Below are positions 6,502 through 14,776 of a stretch of 64,000 nucleotides of DNA, one piece after another. How positions within the stretch are numbered: the stretch's first letter is position 1; each line of letters starts with the position of its first letter. The notes below the pieces were generated by a model. The model was not told where the DNA came from. It worked only from the letters and a program-made list of their open reading frames with translations, and ran no database searches. This DNA is from a virus: positions 10,338 through 74,337 of the IMG/VR virus record IMGVR_UViG_3300035703_000062. One strand, given 5' to 3'. The translations under genes and the position numbers were made by a program.

Positions 6502-8604
6502 ATGGCTGACGTTACACAAGGTGGGGATATGGTGTCGCTCGGGCATGCCACAGCGGGTGGTATTCGCGCCGATGGCCTGCAAAATGTGTTCACCGGGATG
6601 GGCACGAGCCGTGATAAGACCACCCGCACCACTGTTAAGCCGGTGTCTTTCATGGGCCATGAAGACCTTGAAGGTCTTTATGCACATTGGCTCATGCGGC
6701 GCATTGTTGACCTCGTGGCGGACGAATGCACCCGCGAGGGCTTTGAGATTTTGTTTGGCGGGGAGGGCGTCAATGCTGAAACGCTTTCTGGCGTTGAACA
6801 GGCCATTGAAGACCTGGAAATTCTGTCCTTCTTCAACGAGGCGGCCAAAACTTCTCGCTTATATGGCGGCAGCGCGTTGCTGCTCTACATCGACGATGGG
6901 CGTCCGTCCGATATGCCCGTTGACAAGAATAATATTCGCGCTGTGGAGGGTATGGACTGCCTGGATCGGCATCAGATTGCGCCGATCATTAGTGAAGAAA
7001 GTCTGTACGACTATTCCAAGGCAACTTACTACCAAATCATTTCTGGCGATCTAATTCAGCAGCCCAACCTCCGTGCCATCCATAAGGACAGAATTCTGCG
7101 GTTTGACGGCATTTGGCTGCCGTATCGCACGCGGCAGAAGAACTATGGCTGGGGCATGAGCGTGCTGCAGAGCGTCTATGACAGCTTCAAGCACTACTAC
7201 AGCGGCACCGCATCCATTGCCACCCTTCTTACTGAGTTTGACATCTTTGTGCATAAGGTGAGGGGCTTGGCTTCCATGCTGGCCGCTGGCAAGGAAGGGC
7301 AGGTAAGAGATCGCCTGCAACTGAATGACATGAGCAAGAGCATCTATCGCGGCTACGCGATTGATGCGGAGAAGGAAGAGCTGGCCTTTGTTAGCCGGCA
7401 GTTTGGCGGCGTGAGCGAAATCCTGGAGAAGCTGCGCATCGATGTGATTGCCGCTGCTGGCATTCCCCATACATTGCTATTTGGCCAGTCACCGTCTGGC
7501 TTGGGCGCTACGGGCCGTAGTGAAGAGCGTGACTTTGCCAAGACTTGCCATCACTACCAAGAAACTAATTTCCGAAAGCCTCTGACAAAGCTGATGGAAT
7601 ACATCATGCTGAGTAAGACTGGCCCCACTGGCGGAAAAGTGCCTGATAACTGGCGCGTGAGCTTCAAGCCTCTGTTTGAAATGAACGAGCGTGAGCTGGC
7701 TGACGTGCGTGCGCGGGTGGCTGCGGTGGATGCTCGTTACATCCAGGTGGGTGTGCTTACGCCGCAGGAAGTGGCAGATTCGCGGTTCGGAAAGAGCGAA
7801 TACAGCATTGAAACCACCATTGATCCATCGATCAAGCGGGAAATGCCGCAGAAGCCTGGCGACGGCAAGATGGCCGTTCCTCCGGGTGGTCGCGATCCGC
7901 TGGATCAGCAGAACGGCAGCCTGCCTATGGATGGATCTCGCGAGGCTTCGGAAAGCGCAGCGGAAGAGACGATGGATGAAGCGGGCCTCTACATGTCTCG
8001 CGATCTAGAGAAGGTGCGTGGCGACGTGACATTCACCGACAAAACCCTGCATTCACGAGCCGTTAGCGCTGCCAAATCGAAGTTCAAGGTGTGGCCTTCT
8101 GCCTACGCCAGTGGTTATGTCGTGCAGAAATACAAGCAAATGTACAAGGAGAAGCATGGCTCTCTGAGCGGCGCCTTCAAAGGCGACGGCGAAGAGCTTC
8201 ATGCCGACGACCTTGATAAGTGGTTTAAGGAGAAGTGGGTGAGGATTGGGGCTAATGGCGAAATCATGGGGCCTTGTGGAGCCCGTGAGAAGGGCGAAGG
8301 CAAGCCGAAATGCTTGCCCCAGGCAAAAGCACAAGGGATGTCGAAGGAAGAGCGGCAGCGCATTGTTGCCCGCAAACGTAAGGCCGATCCCAATCCTGAG
8401 CGTCGCGGTCCGGCCAAGATGGTGAGCAGTAAAACTGATGCCATTGAACCGCTCAAAGCGGAAGGCCTCATCCTGGGTGACATTGACGAAGCCGCGCTGA
8501 TCACGCAGGCTGATATTGACGCAGCTTTGAACCAGTGGAAGCAGGAAGCTCCTGAGCGCTTCAAGGACATTCTGGAGGCCGGCAATGTTGAGCCCACTGA
8601 GTGA
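6502..8604 (+). CDS. Portal protein (DUF1073/HI1409 family) with long C-terminal extension
   Basis: DGLQNVFTGMG, RRIVD, SRLYGG, HKDRILRFDG, WGMSVLQ, IPHTLLFGQSPSGLGATG, FKPL; about 250 extra residues after the portal core. Confidence 0.9.
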   Translation: MADVTQGGDMVSLGHATAGGIRADGLQNVFTGMGTSRDKTTRTTVKPVSFMGHEDLEGLYAHWLMRRIVDLVADECTREGFEILFGGEGVNAETLSGVEQAIEDLEILSFFNEAAKTSRLYGGSALLLYIDDGRPSDMPVDKNNIRAVEGMDCLDRHQIAPIISEESLYDYSKATYYQIISGDLIQQPNLRAIHKDRILRFDGIWLPYRTRQKNYGWGMSVLQSVYDSFKHYYSGTASIATLLTEFDIFVHKVRGLASMLAAGKEGQVRDRLQLNDMSKSIYRGYAIDAEKEELAFVSRQFGGVSEILEKLRIDVIAAAGIPHTLLFGQSPSGLGATGRSEERDFAKTCHHYQETNFRKPLTKLMEYIMLSKTGPTGGKVPDNWRVSFKPLFEMNERELADVRARVAAVDARYIQVGVLTPQEVADSRFGKSEYSIETTIDPSIKREMPQKPGDGKMAVPPGGRDPLDQQNGSLPMDGSREASESAAEETMDEAGLYMSRDLEKVRGDVTFTDKTLHSRAVSAAKSKFKVWPSAYASGYVVQKYKQMYKEKHGSLSGAFKGDGEELHADDLDKWFKEKWVRIGANGEIMGPCGAREKGEGKPKCLPQAKAQGMSKEERQRIVARKRKADPNPERRGPAKMVSSKTDAIEPLKAEGLILGDIDEAALITQADIDAALNQWKQEAPERFKDILEAGNVEPTE

Positions 8605-9247
8605 TCCGTGGCCCCGCTTTGATGCGGAGTGGGGCTATGACGCCAACCTGGGGCGCTATAGGCGCCCCTCTGGGCAGTTCATGAGTCAGAAGGCCGTGAT
8701 GGCGCTTGTGGATGGTCGCATTGACAAACTCGGCCAGAATCTACGGCGATTCACGCAGATGCTGGCTGATGGCAACATCACAATTGACCAATGGCAAGGG
8801 AGTGTCCGCGAGGCAATTAAGGCTGCTCATATTCAGGCAACAGTGCTTGGGCACGGTGGTAAGGATGGTATGGGCAGCGCAGAGTATGGCCGCATCGGCC
8901 AGAGGCTTCGTGCGGAATACACTTTCCTTCAGGGCTTTGCTAGCGATATTTTGGCTGGCCGCGTTTCTCCTGCCATGGCTCTTGCTCGTGTGCAGCTATA
9001 TGCTGAAAGCGTGCGAAGCTCTTACTGGGAAGGTGCCAGTCTTCGTCAAGGCAAGCAGGGATACTCTCTGATGCGACGCATTTTGGACCCGCAGGCAAAG
9101 CATTGTGATGACTGTCTTCGTTATGCGAGGGCTGGTTTAGTCGCGATGGGGAGTTTGCCGATGCCGGGACAGCGTTGTGAATGTCGGGCGAGGTGTCGCT
9201 GTTCTGTCGAATACAAGCGCAACGCTATACCGACAAGTCCCGTGTGA
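8585..9247 (+). CDS. Head morphogenesis protein (SPP1 gp7/Mu gpF-like)
   Basis: Follows portal; HCDDC..P..CECRARCRC Cys motif. Confidence 0.75.
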   Translation: MLSPLSDPWPRFDAEWGYDANLGRYRRPSGQFMSQKAVMALVDGRIDKLGQNLRRFTQMLADGNITIDQWQGSVREAIKAAHIQATVLGHGGKDGMGSAEYGRIGQRLRAEYTFLQGFASDILAGRVSPAMALARVQLYAESVRSSYWEGASLRQGKQGYSLMRRILDPQAKHCDDCLRYARAGLVAMGSLPMPGQRCECRARCRCSVEYKRNAIPTSPV

Positions 9248-9285
9248 AAACTGGGCCTAACATTGCGCAAGACATTGCGCTTTGT

Positions 9286-10482
9286 ATGGCCAAGATTCTT
9301 TACTGCGGAGACGCAGCAGTGCAAACGGGCTTCGGACGAGTGGCGGAAAGCCTGCTTCCTGAGCTTGCGAAAGAGCATGAGATTGTCGTTCTTGCCGTGA
9401 ACTGGTGGGGCGATCCTCATGAGCTGCCGTACAAGATGTATCCGGCTATTGCTGGCGGCTCCGATCCGTTTGGATCCCATCGCATACAGGAGCTGCTGGT
9501 CAAGGAGCGCCCTGACCTTGTGTTTGCGGTGAATGATATTTGGATTTTGAATAGGCTTTGGCAGGTGGCCAAGCCCCTGAAGGAACAGCTTGGTTTTAAG
9601 TGGTACGGCTATTTCCCCACTGATAGCTATGGCTTCTTCCCTGAGGTGTTTGAAGACTGCAAAGAATGGGATGGCATGGGCACTTATACACAGTTTGGCC
9701 TTGAGGAGGTACGCAAGGCTGGCTGTGAAATGCCGTGCGATGTGATTCCCCATGGTATTGACACATCGACATTCTTCCCTGTGAAGAAGGAAGAAGCGCG
9801 GGAGGCTATGGGCCTTCCGCAGGATGTGTTCTTTGTATTTAATGGCAATCGAAATCAACCGCGTAAGCGAATTGATTTGACTATTAAGGCCTTCATTGAA
9901 TTTGCCCTTGACAAGCCTGATGCTCGCCTATGGCTCAATATGGGCAAGAAGGACCAAGGATGGGATTTGATTCCACTGTTTAAGCGCATTGCTCGTGACA
10001 TGGGCTATGACGCTACTGGCAAGTTGGTGCTGACAAGCAAAGACTTTGACGTGACCAATTGCCTACCTGTTGATCGCCTTAATCTTGTTTATAACTCAGT
10101 GGATGTAGGCATTAACACTTGCATCGGCGAGGGCTGGGGACTTGTTAATTTTGAGCACGCCGCCACGGCTACTGCTCAGATTGTTCCAGACCACACATCG
10201 CTGAAAGAAATCTTCTACGAAATTCCGCGCATTCCCATTGAGAGCTGGGAAGTGGATTGCAATTATGGCCTTGATCGTGGAGTGCCTTCTGTTGAAGGGC
10301 TAGTGACAATCTTGAATCACTATTACAACAATCGCGAAGACCTCGACAAAGTGGCTGGATGGTGCTATGAACGTCTTCAGGCAGATGAATATAAGTGGGA
10401 AAACATCGGCGCCTTGGTGAACGGTATTATTAAGCGCACGCTTGAAGAGCCCACTGCTGGCAAGGGATTTGGCGATGACTAA
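9286..10482 (+). CDS. Glycosyltransferase, GT-B fold (GT4-like)
   Basis: TGFGRV, IPHGIDT, NRNQPRKR, YNSVDV..GEGWGLVNFEHAA. Confidence 0.92.
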   Translation: MAKILYCGDAAVQTGFGRVAESLLPELAKEHEIVVLAVNWWGDPHELPYKMYPAIAGGSDPFGSHRIQELLVKERPDLVFAVNDIWILNRLWQVAKPLKEQLGFKWYGYFPTDSYGFFPEVFEDCKEWDGMGTYTQFGLEEVRKAGCEMPCDVIPHGIDTSTFFPVKKEEAREAMGLPQDVFFVFNGNRNQPRKRIDLTIKAFIEFALDKPDARLWLNMGKKDQGWDLIPLFKRIARDMGYDATGKLVLTSKDFDVTNCLPVDRLNLVYNSVDVGINTCIGEGWGLVNFEHAATATAQIVPDHTSLKEIFYEIPRIPIESWEVDCNYGLDRGVPSVEGLVTILNHYYNNREDLDKVAGWCYERLQADEYKWENIGALVNGIIKRTLEEPTAGKGFGDD

Positions 10483-11161
10483 ACGTCGTATTAGCGTGGG
10501 AATTCCCACGCTTTCTTGTTATGACAAGCTTATTCGTTTGTGCAATCATTTATTGAATGATGAACACCCTTGCATTGAAGCAGAGGTGTTGATTCTCGAC
10601 AATGGTGGGCGGATGAAAGATAGTTCAGCAGTGGATGCACTGGCTGAATGTTGCGACTTGTCGAAATGGAAAGTGGCTGTGCCGCCATATAACCTTGGCG
10701 TGGCAAAGTCTTGGAACTATCTCATCCATCAACTTGGACAATGCATTATTGCCAATGACGATGTGGTGTTTGGTCTGAACGACATTGCGGCATTTTTAGA
10801 TGCCGCAACTGCCAATCCTGGATGCATTTTGCTGGAGACAAATCATTCAGTGGGAGGATTCTCTACGTTCTATGTAAATCGCCCCGAAAGGTGGCTTGAC
10901 ATGGGAGGTTTTGACGAGCTATTTGCGCCAGCTTATTTTGAAGACAACGATTGCCGCTGGAGGCTATTAGTTGCCGATAATCCGGCGGTCAAGGTGAATC
11001 TCCCATCGTGGTCGCATGACAACAGCAGCACACTAGAAAGCGGTGATGATCGCTATAAGCGCATGCATTGGTGTTGCTTTGAGCGCAACAAAGCTTATTA
11101 CAAGACGAAGTGGGGCGGATTGCCTGGGCATGAAGAATTCACTGTTCCTTTTGATAAATAG
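10475..11161 (+). CDS. Glycosyltransferase, GT-A fold (GT2-like)
   Basis: VGIPT, ILDNG, NLGVAKSWN, IANDD, GGFDE.FAPAYFEDND. Confidence 0.9.
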   Translation: MTKRRISVGIPTLSCYDKLIRLCNHLLNDEHPCIEAEVLILDNGGRMKDSSAVDALAECCDLSKWKVAVPPYNLGVAKSWNYLIHQLGQCIIANDDVVFGLNDIAAFLDAATANPGCILLETNHSVGGFSTFYVNRPERWLDMGGFDELFAPAYFEDNDCRWRLLVADNPAVKVNLPSWSHDNSSTLESGDDRYKRMHWCCFERNKAYYKTKWGGLPGHEEFTVPFDK

Positions 11162-11163
11162 TT

Positions 11164-11706
11164 ATGGCTCACGCTGAGCAGCAACAATTCGTTCAGAGCG
11201 TCAAGGCTTCTTTCTCATCGTTCTTTAAGGGTGGGCGGATTGTCGAAATTGGCAGCCTTGACATCAACGGCACCGTGCGCGGGTTCTTTGAAGAACCCGC
11301 TGAATACATTGGCGTGGATCTTGGTCCTGGCCGTGGCGTAGACGTGGTATGCGAAGGGCAAGATTATGACGGCGCTACAGATGGCTTCGACGTGGCTATT
11401 TCGGTGGAGTGCTTTGAGCACAACCCGCATTGGAAAGAGACCTTTGCAAATATGTTTCGCATGGTTCGCGACGAAGGGCTCATCGTGATGACTTGTGCAA
11501 CTACGGGCAGGCCGGAGCATGGCACTTCTCGCAGTGATGCGGGCAGCAGCCCTCTAACGGTGGGCAAAGGCTGGGAATACTACAAAAATCTCACTGAAAA
11601 CGATTTTCATGCTGCGTTTGAACTGAATAGCATGTTCTCGGATTATTGTTTTAGTGTGAATACAAGTAGTCACGATCTTTATTTCTGGGGGCTCGTCGAG
11701 AAATGA
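11164..11706 (+). CDS. Class I SAM-dependent methyltransferase
   Basis: VEIGSLDINGTVR, YIGVDLGPGRGVDVV, FDVAISVECFEH. Confidence 0.9.
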   Translation: MAHAEQQQFVQSVKASFSSFFKGGRIVEIGSLDINGTVRGFFEEPAEYIGVDLGPGRGVDVVCEGQDYDGATDGFDVAISVECFEHNPHWKETFANMFRMVRDEGLIVMTCATTGRPEHGTSRSDAGSSPLTVGKGWEYYKNLTENDFHAAFELNSMFSDYCFSVNTSSHDLYFWGLVEK

Positions 11707-11987
11707 CCGCAAAGCAGAAGCAGGCAAAAGTTCGTAAGGTGATGCGTGAATTTAAAGCCGGCACCCTTAAGGGCAGCGATGGCAAGCCCGTGAAGAATCG
11801 TCAGCAAGCTATTGCCATTGCCTTGAGCGAGGCTGGCATGGCTAAGAAAGATAAGAGCGACGCTTATTGGGATACCTACATCGACACAATGTGTGGTTCG
11901 ATGAGCAAAGAGGGCATGGAAGAAGAGGAAGAGGAGGAAGGTGAAGAGGAGGAGATGGAAGATGGCTCCTGCGGAAAAAAGCGCTGA
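11703..11987 (+). CDS. DUF6496-like basic protein with acidic tail; extended by a -1 frameshift
   Basis: KVRKVMREFKAGTLK..VKNRQQAIAIALSEA; ends at A AAA AAG CGC TGA. Confidence 0.8.
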   Translation: MTAKQKQAKVRKVMREFKAGTLKGSDGKPVKNRQQAIAIALSEAGMAKKDKSDAYWDTYIDTMCGSMSKEGMEEEEEEEGEEEEMEDGSCGKKR

Positions 11988-12014
11988 GGGGCGACGCTGA
12001 AGGCTTCGCCCCTC
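11975..12014 (+). promoter_or_regulatory. Programmed -1 ribosomal frameshift signal
   Basis: A AAA AAG heptamer 11975-11981 in the correct phase; perfect 9-bp stem GAGGGGCGA (11986-11994)/TCGCCCCTC (12006-12014). Confidence 0.8.
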
Positions 12015-12328
12015 CTCGGGCAGTAAGGAATGCTGCGCGGCGCGGACTTGAGCTGCGTCGCAAGCATGGCAAAGGAGGGCTTACCACTGGCGAAGCCGGT
12101 AAGCAAGGGATTGGCAGTGGCGTGGCCAGGGCAACCAGTCTGGCCAATGGCCAGAAAGTGAGTGAAGCTACATTGCGTCGTATGGTTGCGTTCTTTTCGC
12201 GCCACGAAAAGAACAAGAGCGGCGGAGAAGATGACGCTGGTTACATCGCCTGGCAACTATGGGGAGGCGATGCGGGGAGAGCGTGGGCAAATCGCACGCT
12301 TAAGATGTTGGAAAACCGTTCAAAGTAG
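11981..12328 (+). CDS. Frameshift-accessed conserved phage head-associated domain (PP.AVR.AARRGLELR..GVARA..L..RM..FF.RH..IAW.LWGG)
   Basis: -1 frame open from 11945 to 12328 with no ATG/GTG/TTG before 12122, yet the protein-like motif begins at about 12005. Confidence 0.75.
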   Translation, partial: ALRGDAEGFAPPRAVRNAARRGLELRRKHGKGGLTTGEAGKQGIGSGVARATSLANGQKVSEATLRRMVAFFSRHEKNKSGGEDDAGYIAWQLWGGDAGRAWANRTLKMLENRSK

Positions 12329-12330
12329 CG

Positions 12331-12645
12331 ATGGAAGGGATCAGGATCGTGCGCGAAGAAGAGGACGGTATCAGTGTGATGCAAGCGCTGCAGATCCTGT
12401 CTCGCAACGCCCATCGCAATACTTCCCGTTGGGAGCTGGTGGAAAAGCAGGTGTTCAAGAATGGACGCCTTGAAGAAACGCATGAATACGTAGTGAGTGT
12501 CTATGACATTCCTGATCCGCAGTTTGAGCCAGCCAAGTTTCTTGTTTTTGAGGCTGTAGCAATGGCGAAGGCCTATGTGATGGAAGGCATTGAAGAGCAG
12601 CTTGCTTCCATCCGTGACGAAGACGAAGAAGAAGACGAAGATTAA
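12331..12645 (+). CDS. Hypothetical acidic protein
   Basis: ORF tightly packed behind the previous stop. Confidence 0.65.
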   Translation: MEGIRIVREEEDGISVMQALQILSRNAHRNTSRWELVEKQVFKNGRLEETHEYVVSVYDIPDPQFEPAKFLVFEAVAMAKAYVMEGIEEQLASIRDEDEEEDED

Positions 12646-12932
12646 TCTTGCGTGGCGTGAACAACGAATGATGGGTAGCCCATCAGCCACAGTACACTGA
12701 GTTGAAATACGCCGCTCATTACTTTGATTTGAGCAATGTCCGGGGCCAGGATACCGTTTTCAATGCGAGATATTGTTGCTTGATCGCAATAAAGAATTTC
12801 TGCAAGGGCTCGCTGCGAAAGTCCGCAGCTAAGACGAGCTTCCCGCACTCGGGAACCTATTAGAAGCTTGGCTTCGGAGAGGGAGCTTTGCGGGCTTTTT
12901 ACTTTACGAGCCGTTAGATTCTTTTGTGTCAT
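12642..12932 (-). CDS. XRE-family helix-turn-helix transcriptional regulator
   Basis: IGSRVREARLSCGLSQRALAEIL..QATISRIENG..P..V.WLMG. Confidence 0.9.
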   Translation of the reverse strand: MTQKNLTARKVKSPQSSLSEAKLLIGSRVREARLSCGLSQRALAEILYCDQATISRIENGILAPDIAQIKVMSGVFQLSVLWLMGYPSFVVHATQD

Positions 12933-12992
12933 TTCATGCAGAATAGCATAATGACTACTATACTATTGAATTGAAGCCCTTACAGTATATGT

Positions 12993-14189
12993 ATGAGCAC
13001 CACATCTTGTCGGTACGACGTTTCTCCTATTGAGAAATATGAAATGACGCCTGAAGGTTATCTTCGGGTGTGGGCTTCAATTGCTCGTACTGGCATTCAG
13101 CATTACACCGATGCTGACGGTTCAATCAGGAAGGAATTCCGTCCTGAAACTGAAGTGGCGTCTCCAGAAAGCCTTGCCTCATTTGCGGGGAAGGCAATCA
13201 CGATGGAACATCCTCCTGTTCTTTTGGACAGTGAGAACACCAAGGATTACCAAATCGGTTTCACTGGCTCAGAAATTGTTTATGACAATGGCTTTGTTAA
13301 AGCCGTCATGACCGTGACTGACCGCGAAACCATTGATAAGGTGATGCGCGGCGATGTTCGTGAAGTGAGCGCTGGCTATAGGGTCAATTATGATCCGACG
13401 CCTGGCGTTACCGATAGCGGTGAGCATTACGACGGCATCCAAAAGGAGATCAGTGGTAATCACGTCGCTATCGTTCGTCGAGGCCGAGCTGGCCCGCAGG
13501 TGAGGTTGCATTTGGATCGTCTAGATGCCGCTGATCCATCTCTAATTTCCACAGAGGAAAACCAAACCATGAGCGCAAAAGTCAATTTTGACGGCGCTGA
13601 GTTTGAGGTGAGCGAGAGCGTTGCTCTGGCGATCACCAAAGAACGAGAAGACGCCAAGATGTCCTACGAGGACATGAAGAAGAAGTACGACGAGCTGCAG
13701 GCCGCTGCTGATTCCATGAAGTCCGAAATGGACGCCATGGCTGAGGAAATGAAGGGCAAAATGGATTCCGCCGAAGGGCGGGCCGATGCTCTGGCCGAGC
13801 AGGTTGACTCCCTGAAGGCTGAACTGGAAGAAGCCAAGCAAATCAACGTTGATTCCATCGTTGAAGATCGTCTGGCTCTGATTTCCAAGGCCAAGCCTGT
13901 GCTGGATTCTGCTTATGAATTCAGCGGCAAGAGCGCCCGCGAGGTGATGGTGGATGCCATCAAGGCAGTTCGCGGTGATTCTGTTGCTCTGGACGAGCGT
14001 TCCGACGATTACGTTCAAGCAATGTTCGACACCATCTCTGAAGACGCTGCCGGTCGCGCTGATTCCACCGAGGATCTGCGTAAGGCCGTGGCTTCCATTG
14101 CCACCCCTGCTTCCGCACCTTCTTCCTACATGGAGAAGCTGCAGAATGCCTGGAAGTCCCCTCTCTCCATTTCTAAGGAGGCTAAGTAA
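12993..14189 (+). CDS. DUF2213 prohead protease fused to coiled-coil scaffold
   Basis: TPEGYL..ARTGIQ.Y, ITMEHP, EVSAGY, NHVAIV.RGRAG; C-terminal coiled coil. Confidence 0.92.
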   Translation: MSTTSCRYDVSPIEKYEMTPEGYLRVWASIARTGIQHYTDADGSIRKEFRPETEVASPESLASFAGKAITMEHPPVLLDSENTKDYQIGFTGSEIVYDNGFVKAVMTVTDRETIDKVMRGDVREVSAGYRVNYDPTPGVTDSGEHYDGIQKEISGNHVAIVRRGRAGPQVRLHLDRLDAADPSLISTEENQTMSAKVNFDGAEFEVSESVALAITKEREDAKMSYEDMKKKYDELQAAADSMKSEMDAMAEEMKGKMDSAEGRADALAEQVDSLKAELEEAKQINVDSIVEDRLALISKAKPVLDSAYEFSGKSAREVMVDAIKAVRGDSVALDERSDDYVQAMFDTISEDAAGRADSTEDLRKAVASIATPASAPSSYMEKLQNAWKSPLSISKEAK

Positions 14190-14192
14190 TCC

Positions 14193-14765
14193 ATGGCCGT
14201 AACTTTTACCACCACTGTCACTGGCGTTGCCGGCGGCGTGCAGTCCAGCTACGAGCTGGAACTGACTGCTGCTCTGGAAGGTCAGTTTGCTGACATTGCC
14301 GACAATAATGTCGCCACTTTCGTGAATGAAACTGGCGCTGGCGTTGCTTTTGGTGATCTGCTGGTTGTTAACACCGCAGGCACCGTGGGCAATTCTGCCA
14401 AGACTATCGCTGCTACTGGCGACACCGTGGTGGGCGTTAACGCTCTCACCTACATCGAAGAGAAGGCCACCGACGCTAATGGTCGCCCCGCTGCTTCTGA
14501 TAAGCAGGCTCTGAATGTTGTGAATCAAGGCGTGGTTGCCGTTTACGTGACTGGCGCTGTTGATCTCACTTCCCCTGTGCGCGTGTACTACGCCACTCAC
14601 ACTGGCACCACTGCTGGCGCACATCCTGGCCGTTTCTCGCATGCATTTGTGAGCGGCAAAACCCGCCGTCTGAGCAGCGCCCGCTGGGTGTCGAAGACAA
14701 CTGGCGCTGGCATCGCCCTGCTGGAGCTGAATGGCCCCAGCTTCACCCTTGACGCTGATTCCTGA
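14193..14765 (+). CDS. Capsid decoration/cement protein
   Basis: Between scaffold and MCP; Ala/Thr/Gly-rich beta protein with xFG and GxVxV motifs. Confidence 0.75.
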   Translation: MAVTFTTTVTGVAGGVQSSYELELTAALEGQFADIADNNVATFVNETGAGVAFGDLLVVNTAGTVGNSAKTIAATGDTVVGVNALTYIEEKATDANGRPAASDKQALNVVNQGVVAVYVTGAVDLTSPVRVYYATHTGTTAGAHPGRFSHAFVSGKTRRLSSARWVSKTTGAGIALLELNGPSFTLDADS

Positions 14766-14776
14766 TAGGAGGCACC

